A stretch of DNA of 64,000 nucleotides from an uncultured Alphaproteobacteria bacterium (GTDB lineage Bacteria; Pseudomonadota; Alphaproteobacteria; HIMB59; GCA-002718135). Below are positions 1-10,175 of this stretch, one piece after another. The stretch covers positions 2,466 to 66,465 of the forward strand of contig CACGNZ010000005.1 in assembly GCA_902574475.1 (NCBI GenBank). The letters run 5' to 3'. The notes under the pieces were generated by a model. It saw only the letters and a program-made list of their open reading frames with translations. It was not told the DNA's origin and did no database searches. The stretch's first letter is position 1; every line of letters starts with the position of its first letter. A program made the position numbers and the translations under genes.

Positions 1-912
1 TTGATGGGGAATTCAGAATTTATTAAAAAAATTAACAAACATTTAAATGAGCAGAGTTCAAGTAATTCTAGACTATTAATTGAAGGAACATTTGGAACAG
101 GAAAAAAACATTTTGCAAATTTAATACATCAAAATTCACAATACCGAGATAAGCTTCCTATATCAATTGATTTTAAAAAACTAACAAATGAAGCATTGGA
201 TAATATGTTTGTAGAAAATAAAAATGCAATTAATGAAAATATTTTTTATCGATCAAATAATAATACATTAATATTGCTTAATATTGAAACACTACCAAAT
301 GTTTATCAAAAAAAACTTTTAAATTTTCTAGAAAACAAAAAATTTTTTGAAGACCTTGATATTAAATTAAATCATAAAATAATTACAATTACTGAGAAAA
401 ATTTAGAAATAGAAATTGAAAAGGGTAATTTTATTAAAAGACTATATGATAGAATTTCAACAGAGATTATAAAATTTAAATCTCTTTCTGAAAGGAGAGA
501 TGATGTTCTGCCCATACTTGATTTTTATTTAAATGAAAAGAGTGGAGGAAATTTAAATTTTAAATTTTCTTCTAAAGCCTTAACTAAGTTACAAATGTAT
601 GATTGGCCAGGAAATATATCTCAATTAATTAACTACGTAGAGAAAAGTCTAATACTTAATCAAGACCAAAATATAAAAGAGTTAGAGGTTGATGATTTAG
701 CTCTACAAATGGGAGATGAAACTGCGTCAAATTCTTCAAATAATTCACTTGATTTGTCACTTAAGGAAGCAAGATCTGACTTTGAAAAAAATTATTTGAT
801 ATCGCAAATTAAGAGATTTAATGGTAATATAACTAAAGTTTCTGAATTTACAGGAATGGAGAGAACTGCTCTTTATAGAAAATTTAAATCATTAGATATT
901 AAAGTAGAATAA
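1..912 (+). CDS. ntrX: NtrX-type response regulator, 5'-truncated by the window edge (degenerate AAA+ domain plus Fis-type HTH)
   Basis: GTFGTGK Walker-A-like motif, YDWPGN, C-terminal FNGNITKVSEFTGMERTALYRK HTH; lies upstream of trkA as in alphaproteobacteria. Confidence 0.85.
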   Translation: MMGNSEFIKKINKHLNEQSSSNSRLLIEGTFGTGKKHFANLIHQNSQYRDKLPISIDFKKLTNEALDNMFVENKNAINENIFYRSNNNTLILLNIETLPNVYQKKLLNFLENKKFFEDLDIKLNHKIITITEKNLEIEIEKGNFIKRLYDRISTEIIKFKSLSERRDDVLPILDFYLNEKSGGNLNFKFSSKALTKLQMYDWPGNISQLINYVEKSLILNQDQNIKELEVDDLALQMGDETASNSSNNSLDLSLKEARSDFEKNYLISQIKRFNGNITKVSEFTGMERTALYRKFKSLDIKVE

Positions 913-919
913 CTAACCA

Positions 920-2284
920 ATGAAAACAATTATTTGTGGTGCTGGAGATGTTGGATATAGTATAGCTGATAAACTATCACGTGAAAATTTTGAAGTTACA
1001 GTTATAGATGAAGATGAAAATAGATTAAATAAAGTATCTGAAACACTGGATGTCAAAACAATAAATGGAATTCCTAGTATGCCATCAGTTTTGGAGAGCG
1101 CCGGTGCAAATGATTGCGAAATACTAATTGCAGTTACTAAGAGTGATGAAACTAATATGGTTACTTGCCAAATTGGTCATTCTTTATTCAAAATAAAAAA
1201 GAAAATTGCAAGAATAAGACAGCAAGATTATTTAAAAAATGATTGGAAAAATTTATATAATGATGAAAATTTCCCAATAGATGCAATTATTTCTCCCGAA
1301 CAAGAGGTTGCTAAAGGTATATTTAGAAGATTAATTTCTCCAGGAACAATAGATATGGTTGAGTTATCTGATAAAAAATTAAAACTAATTGGTCTAAAAT
1401 GTGAAGATAATTTTTTACATTCAGGCCTATCTGTAAGAGAATTATCTGAAAAATTTCCTAACTATCTTGCTAACATAATGTTTATATTTAGAGGCGATCA
1501 AAAATTTACTGTGAATTCATCAACTAAAATTGAAAAAAAAGATACTATTTTTCTAGTTGTAGAAACTGATAATTTAACAGATGTGTTATCTGAGTTTGGT
1601 CATCAAGAATTACAGGCAAAAAAAGCTGTAATCATAGGTGGTGGAAACATAGGATTTTCACTTGCTCAATTAATTGAAAATTCTAAAACATATATAAAAA
1701 CTGAACTAATTGAAGCTAATAAAGAACGTGCAGAATTTCTTGCTTCAAATTTAGAAAATATCACAGTTACATGTGGAGATGGTTTAGATAATCAGATACT
1801 TGAAGAAGTAAACATATCAGATTCAGGTTACTGTATATCAATTACGGAAGATGATGAAGTTAATATACTATCGTCTTTATTAGCTAAAAGAGCAGGTGCC
1901 AACACATCAATTACTTTGATTAATAATAGTAATTATTCTTCCTTGTTATCAAATATTGGAGTTGATATGACGATAGATCCAAAAATAATAACAATTTCTA
2001 AAATTTTAGAAAAGGTAAGAGGTGTAAAAATACGAAACGATTATTCAATAGGTGAAGGTTTTGGAGAAGTAATAGAGGCAGATATTCAGTCAGAATCATT
2101 TCTTTGTAATAAAAATCTTAAGGAATTAGAATTACCTAAAGGTATACGTATTGGCTCTATTGTAAGGGATAAGAAAATTATAATCCCTAATAGTCAAACT
2201 GTTTTTAAAGAAAATGATGATGTTGTTTTTTTTGCTGAAACAAACTGCATAAAAAAACTAGAAAAACTTTTATCAAAAGTTTAA
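920..2284 (+). CDS. trkA: Trk potassium uptake protein TrkA
   Basis: Two RCK_N (GAGDVG, GGGNIG) plus RCK_C repeats, 454 aa. Confidence 0.95.
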   Translation: MKTIICGAGDVGYSIADKLSRENFEVTVIDEDENRLNKVSETLDVKTINGIPSMPSVLESAGANDCEILIAVTKSDETNMVTCQIGHSLFKIKKKIARIRQQDYLKNDWKNLYNDENFPIDAIISPEQEVAKGIFRRLISPGTIDMVELSDKKLKLIGLKCEDNFLHSGLSVRELSEKFPNYLANIMFIFRGDQKFTVNSSTKIEKKDTIFLVVETDNLTDVLSEFGHQELQAKKAVIIGGGNIGFSLAQLIENSKTYIKTELIEANKERAEFLASNLENITVTCGDGLDNQILEEVNISDSGYCISITEDDEVNILSSLLAKRAGANTSITLINNSNYSSLLSNIGVDMTIDPKIITISKILEKVRGVKIRNDYSIGEGFGEVIEADIQSESFLCNKNLKELELPKGIRIGSIVRDKKIIIPNSQTVFKENDDVVFFAETNCIKKLEKLLSKV

Positions 2285-2288
2285 TTTA

Positions 2289-3134
2289 ATGCCAAATTTT
2301 GCTTATATAAATAACAAATTTGTAAATTTTAAATCGGCAAAAATTCATATAGAGGATAGAGGATTACAATTTGCAGATAGTGTTTATGAAGTTATTGCAG
2401 TTTTAGATAAAAATTTAATTGATTTAGATTTTCATCTTAAGAGATTAAAATATTCTCTTCGCGAATTAGAAATTAAATTTACAATTAATAAATCAAACTT
2501 AAATAATATTTTTTTAGATCTAATAAAGAAAAATAAAACAAGAAATGGTATAATATATCTGCAAATTACAAGAGGTATTCAATTTAGAGAACATAAATAT
2601 CAAAAAGACTTAACCCCAACTTTAATTGTATACACAAGAAATAAAAGTTTTAATTTACCTGGAAAAAATTTTACTGGGGTAAATACAATTACATACCAAG
2701 ACCTTCGATGGAAAAGACGTGATATTAAAACAGTAAATTTACTGCCAAATATTATTGCAGCAAATATGGCTAAAAAGAAAAATGCTTATGAAGCAATTTT
2801 AATCCAAAATGGAAAGGTGACTGAGGGTACATCTTCTAATATTTGGATTATTAAAAGAAATAATTTAATTACTCATCCAGCTAATTCAGATATTTTAAAA
2901 GGAGTAACTAGAACATCTCTCTTAAAAATAATCAAAAAAACTAAACTAAAATTAATAGAAAAACAATTTACGCATAATCAATTAGTTAATGCAGATGAAG
3001 TATTTTTAACAAGCTCTGGAAGTTTTATTACTCCTATTCTAAAAATTGATAATAAAAAAATCAATAATGGTAAAATTGGCAGTTTAACATTGAAACTAGC
3101 AGAAATGTATACTGAAGAATGTATAAATGGATAA
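2289..3134 (+). CDS. dat: D-amino acid aminotransferase (PLP class IV)
   Basis: EDRGLQFADSVYE, DIKTVNLL (PLP Lys), EGTSSN, ILKGVTR. Confidence 0.85.
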   Translation: MPNFAYINNKFVNFKSAKIHIEDRGLQFADSVYEVIAVLDKNLIDLDFHLKRLKYSLRELEIKFTINKSNLNNIFLDLIKKNKTRNGIIYLQITRGIQFREHKYQKDLTPTLIVYTRNKSFNLPGKNFTGVNTITYQDLRWKRRDIKTVNLLPNIIAANMAKKKNAYEAILIQNGKVTEGTSSNIWIIKRNNLITHPANSDILKGVTRTSLLKIIKKTKLKLIEKQFTHNQLVNADEVFLTSSGSFITPILKIDNKKINNGKIGSLTLKLAEMYTEECING

Positions 3135-3933
3135 TATAAAGCAAGAAGACATTGAGGACATTTGTTTTAACGTAAGTCAAAATATTATTTTACCTAAATT
3201 CAAAAATTTATCAGACGATGATATTAATTATAAAAATGGATCTGATTTAGTAACAGCAGCAGATATAGAAGCAGAAAAAGAATTAAAAAAAAACTTGTTA
3301 AAAATTTTACCTTTCTCTAATTTTATAGGGGAAGAAGAATATTCTAGAAATGAAAATATAATAAATTTTTATAATGATGATACATATTGTTGGACTGTTG
3401 ATCCAATTGATGGAACAACAAATTTTGCTAATGGCAGAGATAAATTTGCAATAATGATCGCCTTAACATTTAAAGAAAAGATTTTACGCTCTTGGATATA
3501 TAAGCCTTTAGAAAAAATTATGTGTTCAGCTATTGTAAATGAAGGTGCTTATATCAATAATAATAAAATTGTTACAAAAGGTGTAAATATAATTGAAGAA
3601 ACTATAGGATCTATAAGTACAAAGTATTGGGAGCCAGGATTTAAAGATAAGTTAAAAATTTTTAAAAACATATTTAAAGAAGTGAACTCTTATAGATGCA
3701 TTGGTTTTGAATATATAGATATAGGTATTGGGATTAGAAATTTTGCTATTTTATCAAAACTATCTCCCTGGGATCATATTCCAGGTATTCTTTTTGTCAG
3801 AGAAGCAGGTGGTGCTGACACAGATTTTGAACACAATAAATATGACTTTACAAAAAAGAATAAGAATTTAATTGTAAGTAATTCAGAAGATTTGAACTTT
3901 AAAATTTTAGAAAAATTAGGAGAATATTCATGA
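3127..3933 (+). CDS. Inositol monophosphatase family protein
   Basis: DLVTAAD, GEE, DPIDGTTNF and PWD motifs. Confidence 0.9.
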   Translation: MDNIKQEDIEDICFNVSQNIILPKFKNLSDDDINYKNGSDLVTAADIEAEKELKKNLLKILPFSNFIGEEEYSRNENIINFYNDDTYCWTVDPIDGTTNFANGRDKFAIMIALTFKEKILRSWIYKPLEKIMCSAIVNEGAYINNNKIVTKGVNIIEETIGSISTKYWEPGFKDKLKIFKNIFKEVNSYRCIGFEYIDIGIGIRNFAILSKLSPWDHIPGILFVREAGGADTDFEHNKYDFTKKNKNLIVSNSEDLNFKILEKLGEYS

Positions 3934-4802
3934 GTATTAAAAATGTATCTTTTATTGGTTTAGGGGTAATGGGTTATCCAATGGCAGGCCATCTTCAAAA
4001 CAATGGTTATAATGTAACAGTTTATAATAGAACAACTACTAAGGCAGAAAAATGGGTAGAAGAATATAAAGGTAGCATGTCTAAAACTCCTGGTGAAGCT
4101 TCTCAAAATTCTGAAATTATTTTTATGTGCGTTGGACGCGATGAAGATATTATTGAAGTAATGGAAGGTGAAGGTGGCATTCTTTCAAATGTAGCTGAAG
4201 GATCAATTATTGTTGATCACACAACAGCTTCTGCAGAGATAGCGAGAAATTACTATCAAAAGCTTAAAGATAAAAAATTGAGTTTTCTTGATGCTCCTGT
4301 ATCTGGTGGTCAGGCTGGAGCAGAAAATGGTGTTCTTTCTATTATGATTGGTGGTGATGAAAAAGATTATAATACTGTTAAGTCAGTTCTGACATCTTAT
4401 GGTAAAGCCATTGAACTTATAGGTCCATCTGGATCAGGTCAAATAGCTAAAATGATAAATCAAATTTGTATTGCGGGATTAGTGCAAGGTTTATCTGAAG
4501 CAATGGCTTTTGGAAAAAAATCGAATGTAGATATGGAAAAGGTTCTCAGCGTTATATCAAAGGGTGCAGCTCAATCATGGCAAATGGAAAATAGATATAG
4601 AACTATGCTCGATGGCAAATTTGATTATGGTTTTGCAGTTGATTGGATGCGTAAGGATTTATCAATTTGTTTTAATGAAGCAGATAAAAATGGTGCAATT
4701 CTTCCTATTACAAAAATTGTTGATAAATATTATGAAGAAGTACAAAAAAATGGTGGCAATAGGTTTGATACATCATCCCTCATGACTCTTGTAGATAAAT
4801 AA
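3930..4802 (+). CDS. NAD(P)-dependent beta-hydroxyacid dehydrogenase (3-hydroxyisobutyrate dehydrogenase family)
   Basis: FIGLGVMG, DAPVSGG, KMINQ. Confidence 0.9.
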   Translation: MSIKNVSFIGLGVMGYPMAGHLQNNGYNVTVYNRTTTKAEKWVEEYKGSMSKTPGEASQNSEIIFMCVGRDEDIIEVMEGEGGILSNVAEGSIIVDHTTASAEIARNYYQKLKDKKLSFLDAPVSGGQAGAENGVLSIMIGGDEKDYNTVKSVLTSYGKAIELIGPSGSGQIAKMINQICIAGLVQGLSEAMAFGKKSNVDMEKVLSVISKGAAQSWQMENRYRTMLDGKFDYGFAVDWMRKDLSICFNEADKNGAILPITKIVDKYYEEVQKNGGNRFDTSSLMTLVDK

Positions 4803-5717
4803 ATGTCAAGAAACTTAATGTTAGCAATCATATTGTTAACAGCCTCTTCTTTATTTTGGTCAGGAAATTTTTTTTTTGGAAAAGTTGCTCACATAACTGA
4901 TCTTTCACCATTTAAATTAAGTTTTTTTAGATGGTCTTTAGCTTTACTTTTACTACTACCTTTCACCCTTAAAAGTATTTTGGAAAATTTAAATTATTAC
5001 AAAGAAAACTTTTTACTAATGACTACATTAAGTATTTTAAGTGTTACAATATTTAACTCATTTACATATATTTCATTACAAACTACTTTAGTTTTAAATT
5101 CTACTATAATGGCATCTACTGCACCAGTAATTATGATTGGTTTTTCTTGGCTAATGTTTCGAACTAAAATATCAAAACTTCAATTAATTGGCATAATTTT
5201 ATCTTTATTAGGTGCTTTAGCAATAATTTTAAAAGGAAACTTAAACAATTTATATACTTTAAATTTTACTATTGGAGATATATGGATGTTTGCTGCTGTA
5301 ATATCTTGGTGCTTATATTCAGTGCTGTTAAAAAAAATGGATAAATCAATTTCACAATTAGCAAGCTTAGAAGTAATGATTATTATTGGTTTATTTTTTA
5401 TTATTCCATTTTATCTTTTTGAATCTTTTAATGGCACCTTTTTACTTTCATCATCCTATGATTTTTTCATTATTATTTATGTTGCTATTTTTGCAAGTAT
5501 TGCTGCGTATTTTGCTTGGAATAAAGGTGTGTATTTGATTGGACCAAACAGAGCTGGTTTATTTTTACATTTCATACCTGTCTTTGCTGCAATTTGGGCA
5601 ATAACTTTTTTAAATGAGAGTTTTGCAATATTTCATATTGTAGGTGTTTTTTTTATAATTACAGGAATTATATTATCTAATATAAGATTTAAAAATGAAC
5701 AAAATAGTCAAAACTGA
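4803..5717 (+). CDS. DMT/EamA family transporter
   Basis: About 10 TM helices, FWSGNF, duplicated EamA pattern. Confidence 0.85.
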   Translation: MSRNLMLAIILLTASSLFWSGNFFFGKVAHITDLSPFKLSFFRWSLALLLLLPFTLKSILENLNYYKENFLLMTTLSILSVTIFNSFTYISLQTTLVLNSTIMASTAPVIMIGFSWLMFRTKISKLQLIGIILSLLGALAIILKGNLNNLYTLNFTIGDIWMFAAVISWCLYSVLLKKMDKSISQLASLEVMIIIGLFFIIPFYLFESFNGTFLLSSSYDFFIIIYVAIFASIAAYFAWNKGVYLIGPNRAGLFLHFIPVFAAIWAITFLNESFAIFHIVGVFFIITGIILSNIRFKNEQNSQN

Positions 5718-6090
5718 TCAGGAATGGAAATCTCTTCTCACGGAAGACGAGTATTATGTAACTAGGCAAAAGGGAACAGAACCTCCTTTCTCTGGTAAAA
5801 ATTTTGAAATTATTAATGGCGGTATTTTTAAATGTAAATGCTGTGGTAATGAATTATTTAATAGTTCTACAAAATATGATTCTTATTGTGGATGGCCAAG
5901 TTTTTTTGAGCAAATATCACCTGAAGCAATTAAAACAGAGACTGATAGATCGCATGGAATGGTGCGTATTGAAATTATGTGTGCCAAATGTGACGCACAT
6001 TTAGGCCATGTCTTTGATGATGGCCCGGAGCCAACTGGCAAAAGATATTGTGTAAATTCTCTTTCTATTAATTACGAAGAGTTTGAATAA
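5695..6090 (+). CDS. msrB: Peptide-methionine (R)-S-oxide reductase
   Basis: GTEPPF, GWPSF, HLGHVFDDGP, RYCVNS, two CxxC motifs. Confidence 0.97.
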   Translation: MNKIVKTDQEWKSLLTEDEYYVTRQKGTEPPFSGKNFEIINGGIFKCKCCGNELFNSSTKYDSYCGWPSFFEQISPEAIKTETDRSHGMVRIEIMCAKCDAHLGHVFDDGPEPTGKRYCVNSLSINYEEFE

Positions 6091-7264
6091 TACTTTTTAC
6101 ACACTACTATTTTCTTCAATAGGTCATGCGCTCATGCATATGTTTGCTGCATTTTATTTTGTAATTGTTCTAACAATCGAAAAAGAATGGAACATTTCTT
6201 ATGATCAATTGATTAAATTATGGTCACTTGCAGCTCTTTTAATTGGTTTGGGAGCAATTCCATTTGGCTGGCTTAGTGATAGATGGTCTCGTTCAGGTAC
6301 AATGACCATCATGTTTATTGGAATGGGATTAGCCTCCATTTTATGTGGTTTAAGCACTTCAGTTTCTTTTTTATTTTTTTCACTATCACTTCTTGGACTT
6401 TTTTGTTCGATATATCATCCTGTTGGTATTCCTTGGGTGATTCATGCAGCTAACAAACAGGGAAGAGCGCTTGGTGTAAATGGTATTTTTGGTGGAGTAG
6501 GGATAGGATCAGGAGCATTTGTAGCTGGCACTCTAACAGAATTACTAAATTGGCAACTAGCTTTTATATTGCCTGGTGTAATATCTATTATTATTGGATT
6601 TTATCTTATCTACTTAATTCTAATTGATAAAATATCTTATAAAAATTATTTTATAAAAAACGATGATCAAGATCATTCCCGTAATGAAATGATTTTGATT
6701 GCATTAATAATGCTTTTATCAATGTTTGCCCTTGGATTATCTTTTCACAATACACAAATAGCCTTACCAAAAGTTTTTGAAATACGTATTGGTAATATAA
6801 ACTCAATTCAAATTGGATTTATGATAGCAGTTATCTATTTTATCTCTGGTGCTACAACATTTGTTGGGGGATTACTTGCTGATCGTTTTAATCTAAAAAC
6901 TATTTATTTAATTGGTATTTTTCTTCAGTTTCCTTGCTACCTAGGTATAGCTTACATATTTGGTTACTCTTTAGTAGTGTTATGTATTCTTGCTGCCGTA
7001 TTTAATGCAAGTATTCTTCCTACAGAAAACCTCTTACTTGGAAGATTTACACCTCAAAAGTATCATGGTGTAGTATATGGAATTAAGTTTATTCTTGCAT
7101 TTGGATCGGGACCAATTTCGGTATTCTTAATTTCAGAAATTTACTCCATAACTTTAGAGTTTACTTATTTGTTTTTAATTAATGCAATAATGATGGCTAT
7201 AGTTTCAGTTTTTATTATTTTTTTACCCATTCAAAGTAATCAAAGAATAGCTACTCAGGATTAG
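6083..7264 (+). CDS. MFS transporter
   Basis: About 12 TM, GWLSDRW and GLLADRF motif-A loops. Confidence 0.88.
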   Translation: MNNTFYTLLFSSIGHALMHMFAAFYFVIVLTIEKEWNISYDQLIKLWSLAALLIGLGAIPFGWLSDRWSRSGTMTIMFIGMGLASILCGLSTSVSFLFFSLSLLGLFCSIYHPVGIPWVIHAANKQGRALGVNGIFGGVGIGSGAFVAGTLTELLNWQLAFILPGVISIIIGFYLIYLILIDKISYKNYFIKNDDQDHSRNEMILIALIMLLSMFALGLSFHNTQIALPKVFEIRIGNINSIQIGFMIAVIYFISGATTFVGGLLADRFNLKTIYLIGIFLQFPCYLGIAYIFGYSLVVLCILAAVFNASILPTENLLLGRFTPQKYHGVVYGIKFILAFGSGPISVFLISEIYSITLEFTYLFLINAIMMAIVSVFIIFLPIQSNQRIATQD

Positions 7265-7478
7265 ATTTTATTTCTTCAAGATAATTAATAACATCATTAA
7301 ATTTTTCATCAGGTATATTTTTATAAGTCATGCCAAAATGATTTTTTACTTCTAATGCAACATGAGCATAAGGATTTCTCCCTTTTGGATGATTTGGATG
7401 ATCTGGCAATTTCCCTTTTAAAAAATCTCCTGTTTTTTGGATTTCTTTCCATATTATTTTTGCTTTATTTACATTCAT
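7251..7478 (-). CDS. Small hypothetical protein with ORF6C-like C-terminus
   Basis: ATG start, 75 aa, HPNHPKGRNPYAH followed by FGMTYKNIPDEKFNDVINYL. Confidence 0.7.
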   Translation of the reverse strand: MNVNKAKIIWKEIQKTGDFLKGKLPDHPNHPKGRNPYAHVALEVKNHFGMTYKNIPDEKFNDVINYLEEIKSNPE

Positions 7479-7598
7479 ATTGATACAAATTCCCTAATAA
7501 ATTGATATTTTTTATTAAATATTATTCTTACTTATTTAAGTATATTTTTAATAACAAAATAATTGCAATTTTTTTTATTATTATTAAATAATTTAAAT

Positions 7599-8588
7599 AT
7601 GCACGTAGATTCTAGTATTTGGTTCAAACCTAAAATCGATCGAAAGAAATTAAAGGAATTATCTATAAGAAGTGATTTTCCAGGATTAATTCATTTTGCG
7701 ATTTATTTTTCTTCACTTATATTCTTCGGATACCTATCTTATATTTTTTGGGGTAGTTGGTTTTTTATACTGTTCTACTTTATTTATTCAACAATCTATG
7801 CTTTTAACGTTGCGAATTGGCATGAGACAGTTCATCGTACTGCTTTTAAAACTAGGTGGATAAATGAAATTTTTTATTATCTTAGTAGTTTTCAAGGTAT
7901 GGCAGAACCTCTAAGCTTAAGATGGTCACATAGTTTTCATCATTCTAATACTCTACAAACAGAAGAAGAGTATGATCACGAAATTGAGGTATCGAGACCT
8001 ACTGATCTTTTTAGATTTTTTTTGAAATTTATTCCTTTAACTGATTTAATTTATATTCATCAATCTCCATTTGTTCATATATTTAAACTTTCATTTGGTA
8101 AATTAAGTCCAGGAATAAAAATTTCTGTGCCAGTAAGTGATATTAAAAAAATAATTAGAAATGCAAGAATTTATTTACTAATTTGGTTTGCTATTATTTT
8201 GTCTTGTTTTTATTTTGATACTATTTTACCAATTTTGTTTTACTTTTTGCCATCATACGTAGGCAAACCTATACAATTTGCTGTCAATGTTACACAGCAT
8301 CTTGCTGCTAAATTTGATTCAAAGGATCACCGATTAAGCACACATACAGTAATATTAAATCCTATATTTAGCTTTTTATACTGGCATATGGAATATCATT
8401 TAGAGCATCATATGTTTCCAATGGTTCCTTCATATAATTTAAAAAAATTGAGAAAGGAAATTGAAAGTCAGCTACCTAGACCTTTCAATGGATTGTTTGA
8501 TTTTTACAAGACAATTCTACCATATTTGATTAAACTTGCTTTTAACTCAAATGATTACTATCGAGTAAAATTGCCAGAAAATACCTAA
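7599..8588 (+). CDS. Membrane di-iron desaturase/hydroxylase family protein (MocD/RtxC-like)
   Basis: His boxes HETVH, HSFHH, QH and HLEHH plus TM segments; ATG at 7599 preferred over TTG at 7563. Confidence 0.85.
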   Translation: MHVDSSIWFKPKIDRKKLKELSIRSDFPGLIHFAIYFSSLIFFGYLSYIFWGSWFFILFYFIYSTIYAFNVANWHETVHRTAFKTRWINEIFYYLSSFQGMAEPLSLRWSHSFHHSNTLQTEEEYDHEIEVSRPTDLFRFFLKFIPLTDLIYIHQSPFVHIFKLSFGKLSPGIKISVPVSDIKKIIRNARIYLLIWFAIILSCFYFDTILPILFYFLPSYVGKPIQFAVNVTQHLAAKFDSKDHRLSTHTVILNPIFSFLYWHMEYHLEHHMFPMVPSYNLKKLRKEIESQLPRPFNGLFDFYKTILPYLIKLAFNSNDYYRVKLPENT

Positions 8589-8717
8589 AAGTCTCAATTT
8601 TCTTTATATTACCAAAATTTAAAACAACATTTATAAACATTATTCAATCTATAATGTTTGACAGGAAATCTTTCTTATATTTCAATAAATTATACATTAA
8701 TTTATTTGGAGGTAAAA

Positions 8718-10127
8718 ATGTTAAAAAAAATAATCGTACTTATTAGTACAACTACTATTTTTTCTTCATTTATATTTTCAAGCTCTCATGCATTTGAATG
8801 TGATATTCCAATTTTAGAAAGTTCATCAGATGCTGTTAAAGCTTATTATATACCTGAAAAAAAATTTGAAGGAATGAGTATAAATGTACCAAAGGAAAAT
8901 GTTGAGAACGATATTGAAAAGGGTTGCAGAGAAAAATTTGAAGAATTATCTGGAGCTAAAGTAAATGTAATAGTTTTTCCAAAACAAAAAGATATGCTTG
9001 ATGCAATCAATCTAGCTTTAGCAACTAATAGCGGAGAATTTGATGTTATGACATCAGGTGCAGGTGGAGCAAAGGAGTATGGCTTAGGTGGACATCTAAA
9101 CCCTTTACAAACACCACCAGATATAGATGATTTTTATACTGGTGATATTAATCAATATAGTATTGGTGGAAAACTTATGGGTATACCTAGTATAGCTGAT
9201 ACTAATATATTGTATTGGAGAACTGATTTATTTGAACAAGCAGGTTTGGATCCAAACAAACCACCTAAAACATATTCAGAATTAACTGAATATGCAAAAC
9301 TGTTAACAATAGATAAAAATGGTAAAAATAGCACTGAAGAGGGATTTGATAAAAATAATATTGATATCTATGGTTATGGTTTTAGAGGTGAAGCAAGTTT
9401 AGCAAGCCCTTGGCAATGGTATAACTATCTCTTTGCATTTGGTGGAGATTTATTTGATAGCGAATATAATATTATTATTGATCAGCCAGAGTCCGTAGCT
9501 TCACTACAATGGGTTGTAGATAATTACAGAGTGCACAATATTATGCCAGCTGACACACCTGTTTATGACTATGGCGCATTCCATACTTTGTTTATACAGG
9601 GCAAAATGGCTATGGCTGTAAATTGGCCATATATGTATGGTATGTCTCAAGACCCTGAACAATCAAATGTTGTAGGCAAGGTAGCTGTAGGAAGAAAACC
9701 TATGGAAGTGAGACATGCTGGTAATATGGGCGGATGGTCTTGGAGTGTTTTGAAAATGTCTCAGAAACAAGAACTAGCTGAGGCTTATGCAAAATGGAAT
9801 GGTAATCCTGACATGGCAGTTTATAATGCTGTTTTAAGGGGAAATGCTCCTGCTAGAAGATCTGCTACTGAAAGAATGATAGAAGAAAATCCAGTTATTG
9901 CCGGTGCTATTGCTCAAAACTTACCTGATAATATGGGAGTTAAGTGGATAGATACAGGACCTTCATGGATGGCACTAGAAAAAGAAACTTGGAAGTTCAT
10001 CCAATTTGCTTTGACAGGAGAAAAAACACCTGAACAAGCTTTAAAGGATGCAAAAGTTGAAATGGAGAAAATTCTCAAAAGAGATAGATTCTATGAGGAA
10101 ATTGCTCCACAACTTCTAGGGAATTAA
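8718..10127 (+). CDS. Carbohydrate-type (CUT1) ABC transporter substrate-binding protein
   Basis: GGAGG RBS before ATG 8718, signal peptide (SSHA-FE), LYWRTDLF, PPKTYSEL, F..GKMAM, GGWSW. Confidence 0.9.
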   Translation: MLKKIIVLISTTTIFSSFIFSSSHAFECDIPILESSSDAVKAYYIPEKKFEGMSINVPKENVENDIEKGCREKFEELSGAKVNVIVFPKQKDMLDAINLALATNSGEFDVMTSGAGGAKEYGLGGHLNPLQTPPDIDDFYTGDINQYSIGGKLMGIPSIADTNILYWRTDLFEQAGLDPNKPPKTYSELTEYAKLLTIDKNGKNSTEEGFDKNNIDIYGYGFRGEASLASPWQWYNYLFAFGGDLFDSEYNIIIDQPESVASLQWVVDNYRVHNIMPADTPVYDYGAFHTLFIQGKMAMAVNWPYMYGMSQDPEQSNVVGKVAVGRKPMEVRHAGNMGGWSWSVLKMSQKQELAEAYAKWNGNPDMAVYNAVLRGNAPARRSATERMIEENPVIAGAIAQNLPDNMGVKWIDTGPSWMALEKETWKFIQFALTGEKTPEQALKDAKVEMEKILKRDRFYEEIAPQLLGN

Positions 10128-10144
10128 TTCAAATAAAAATTATC

Positions 10145-10167
10145 ACAGGCAGCATATTGCTGCCTGT
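10145..10167. terminator. Perfect stem-loop after the SBP gene (mRNA-stabilising hairpin or minus-strand terminator)
   Basis: ACAGGCAGCA-TAT-TGCTGCCTGT followed by an A-run on the + strand. Confidence 0.7.
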
Positions 10168-10175
10168 AAAAAAAT

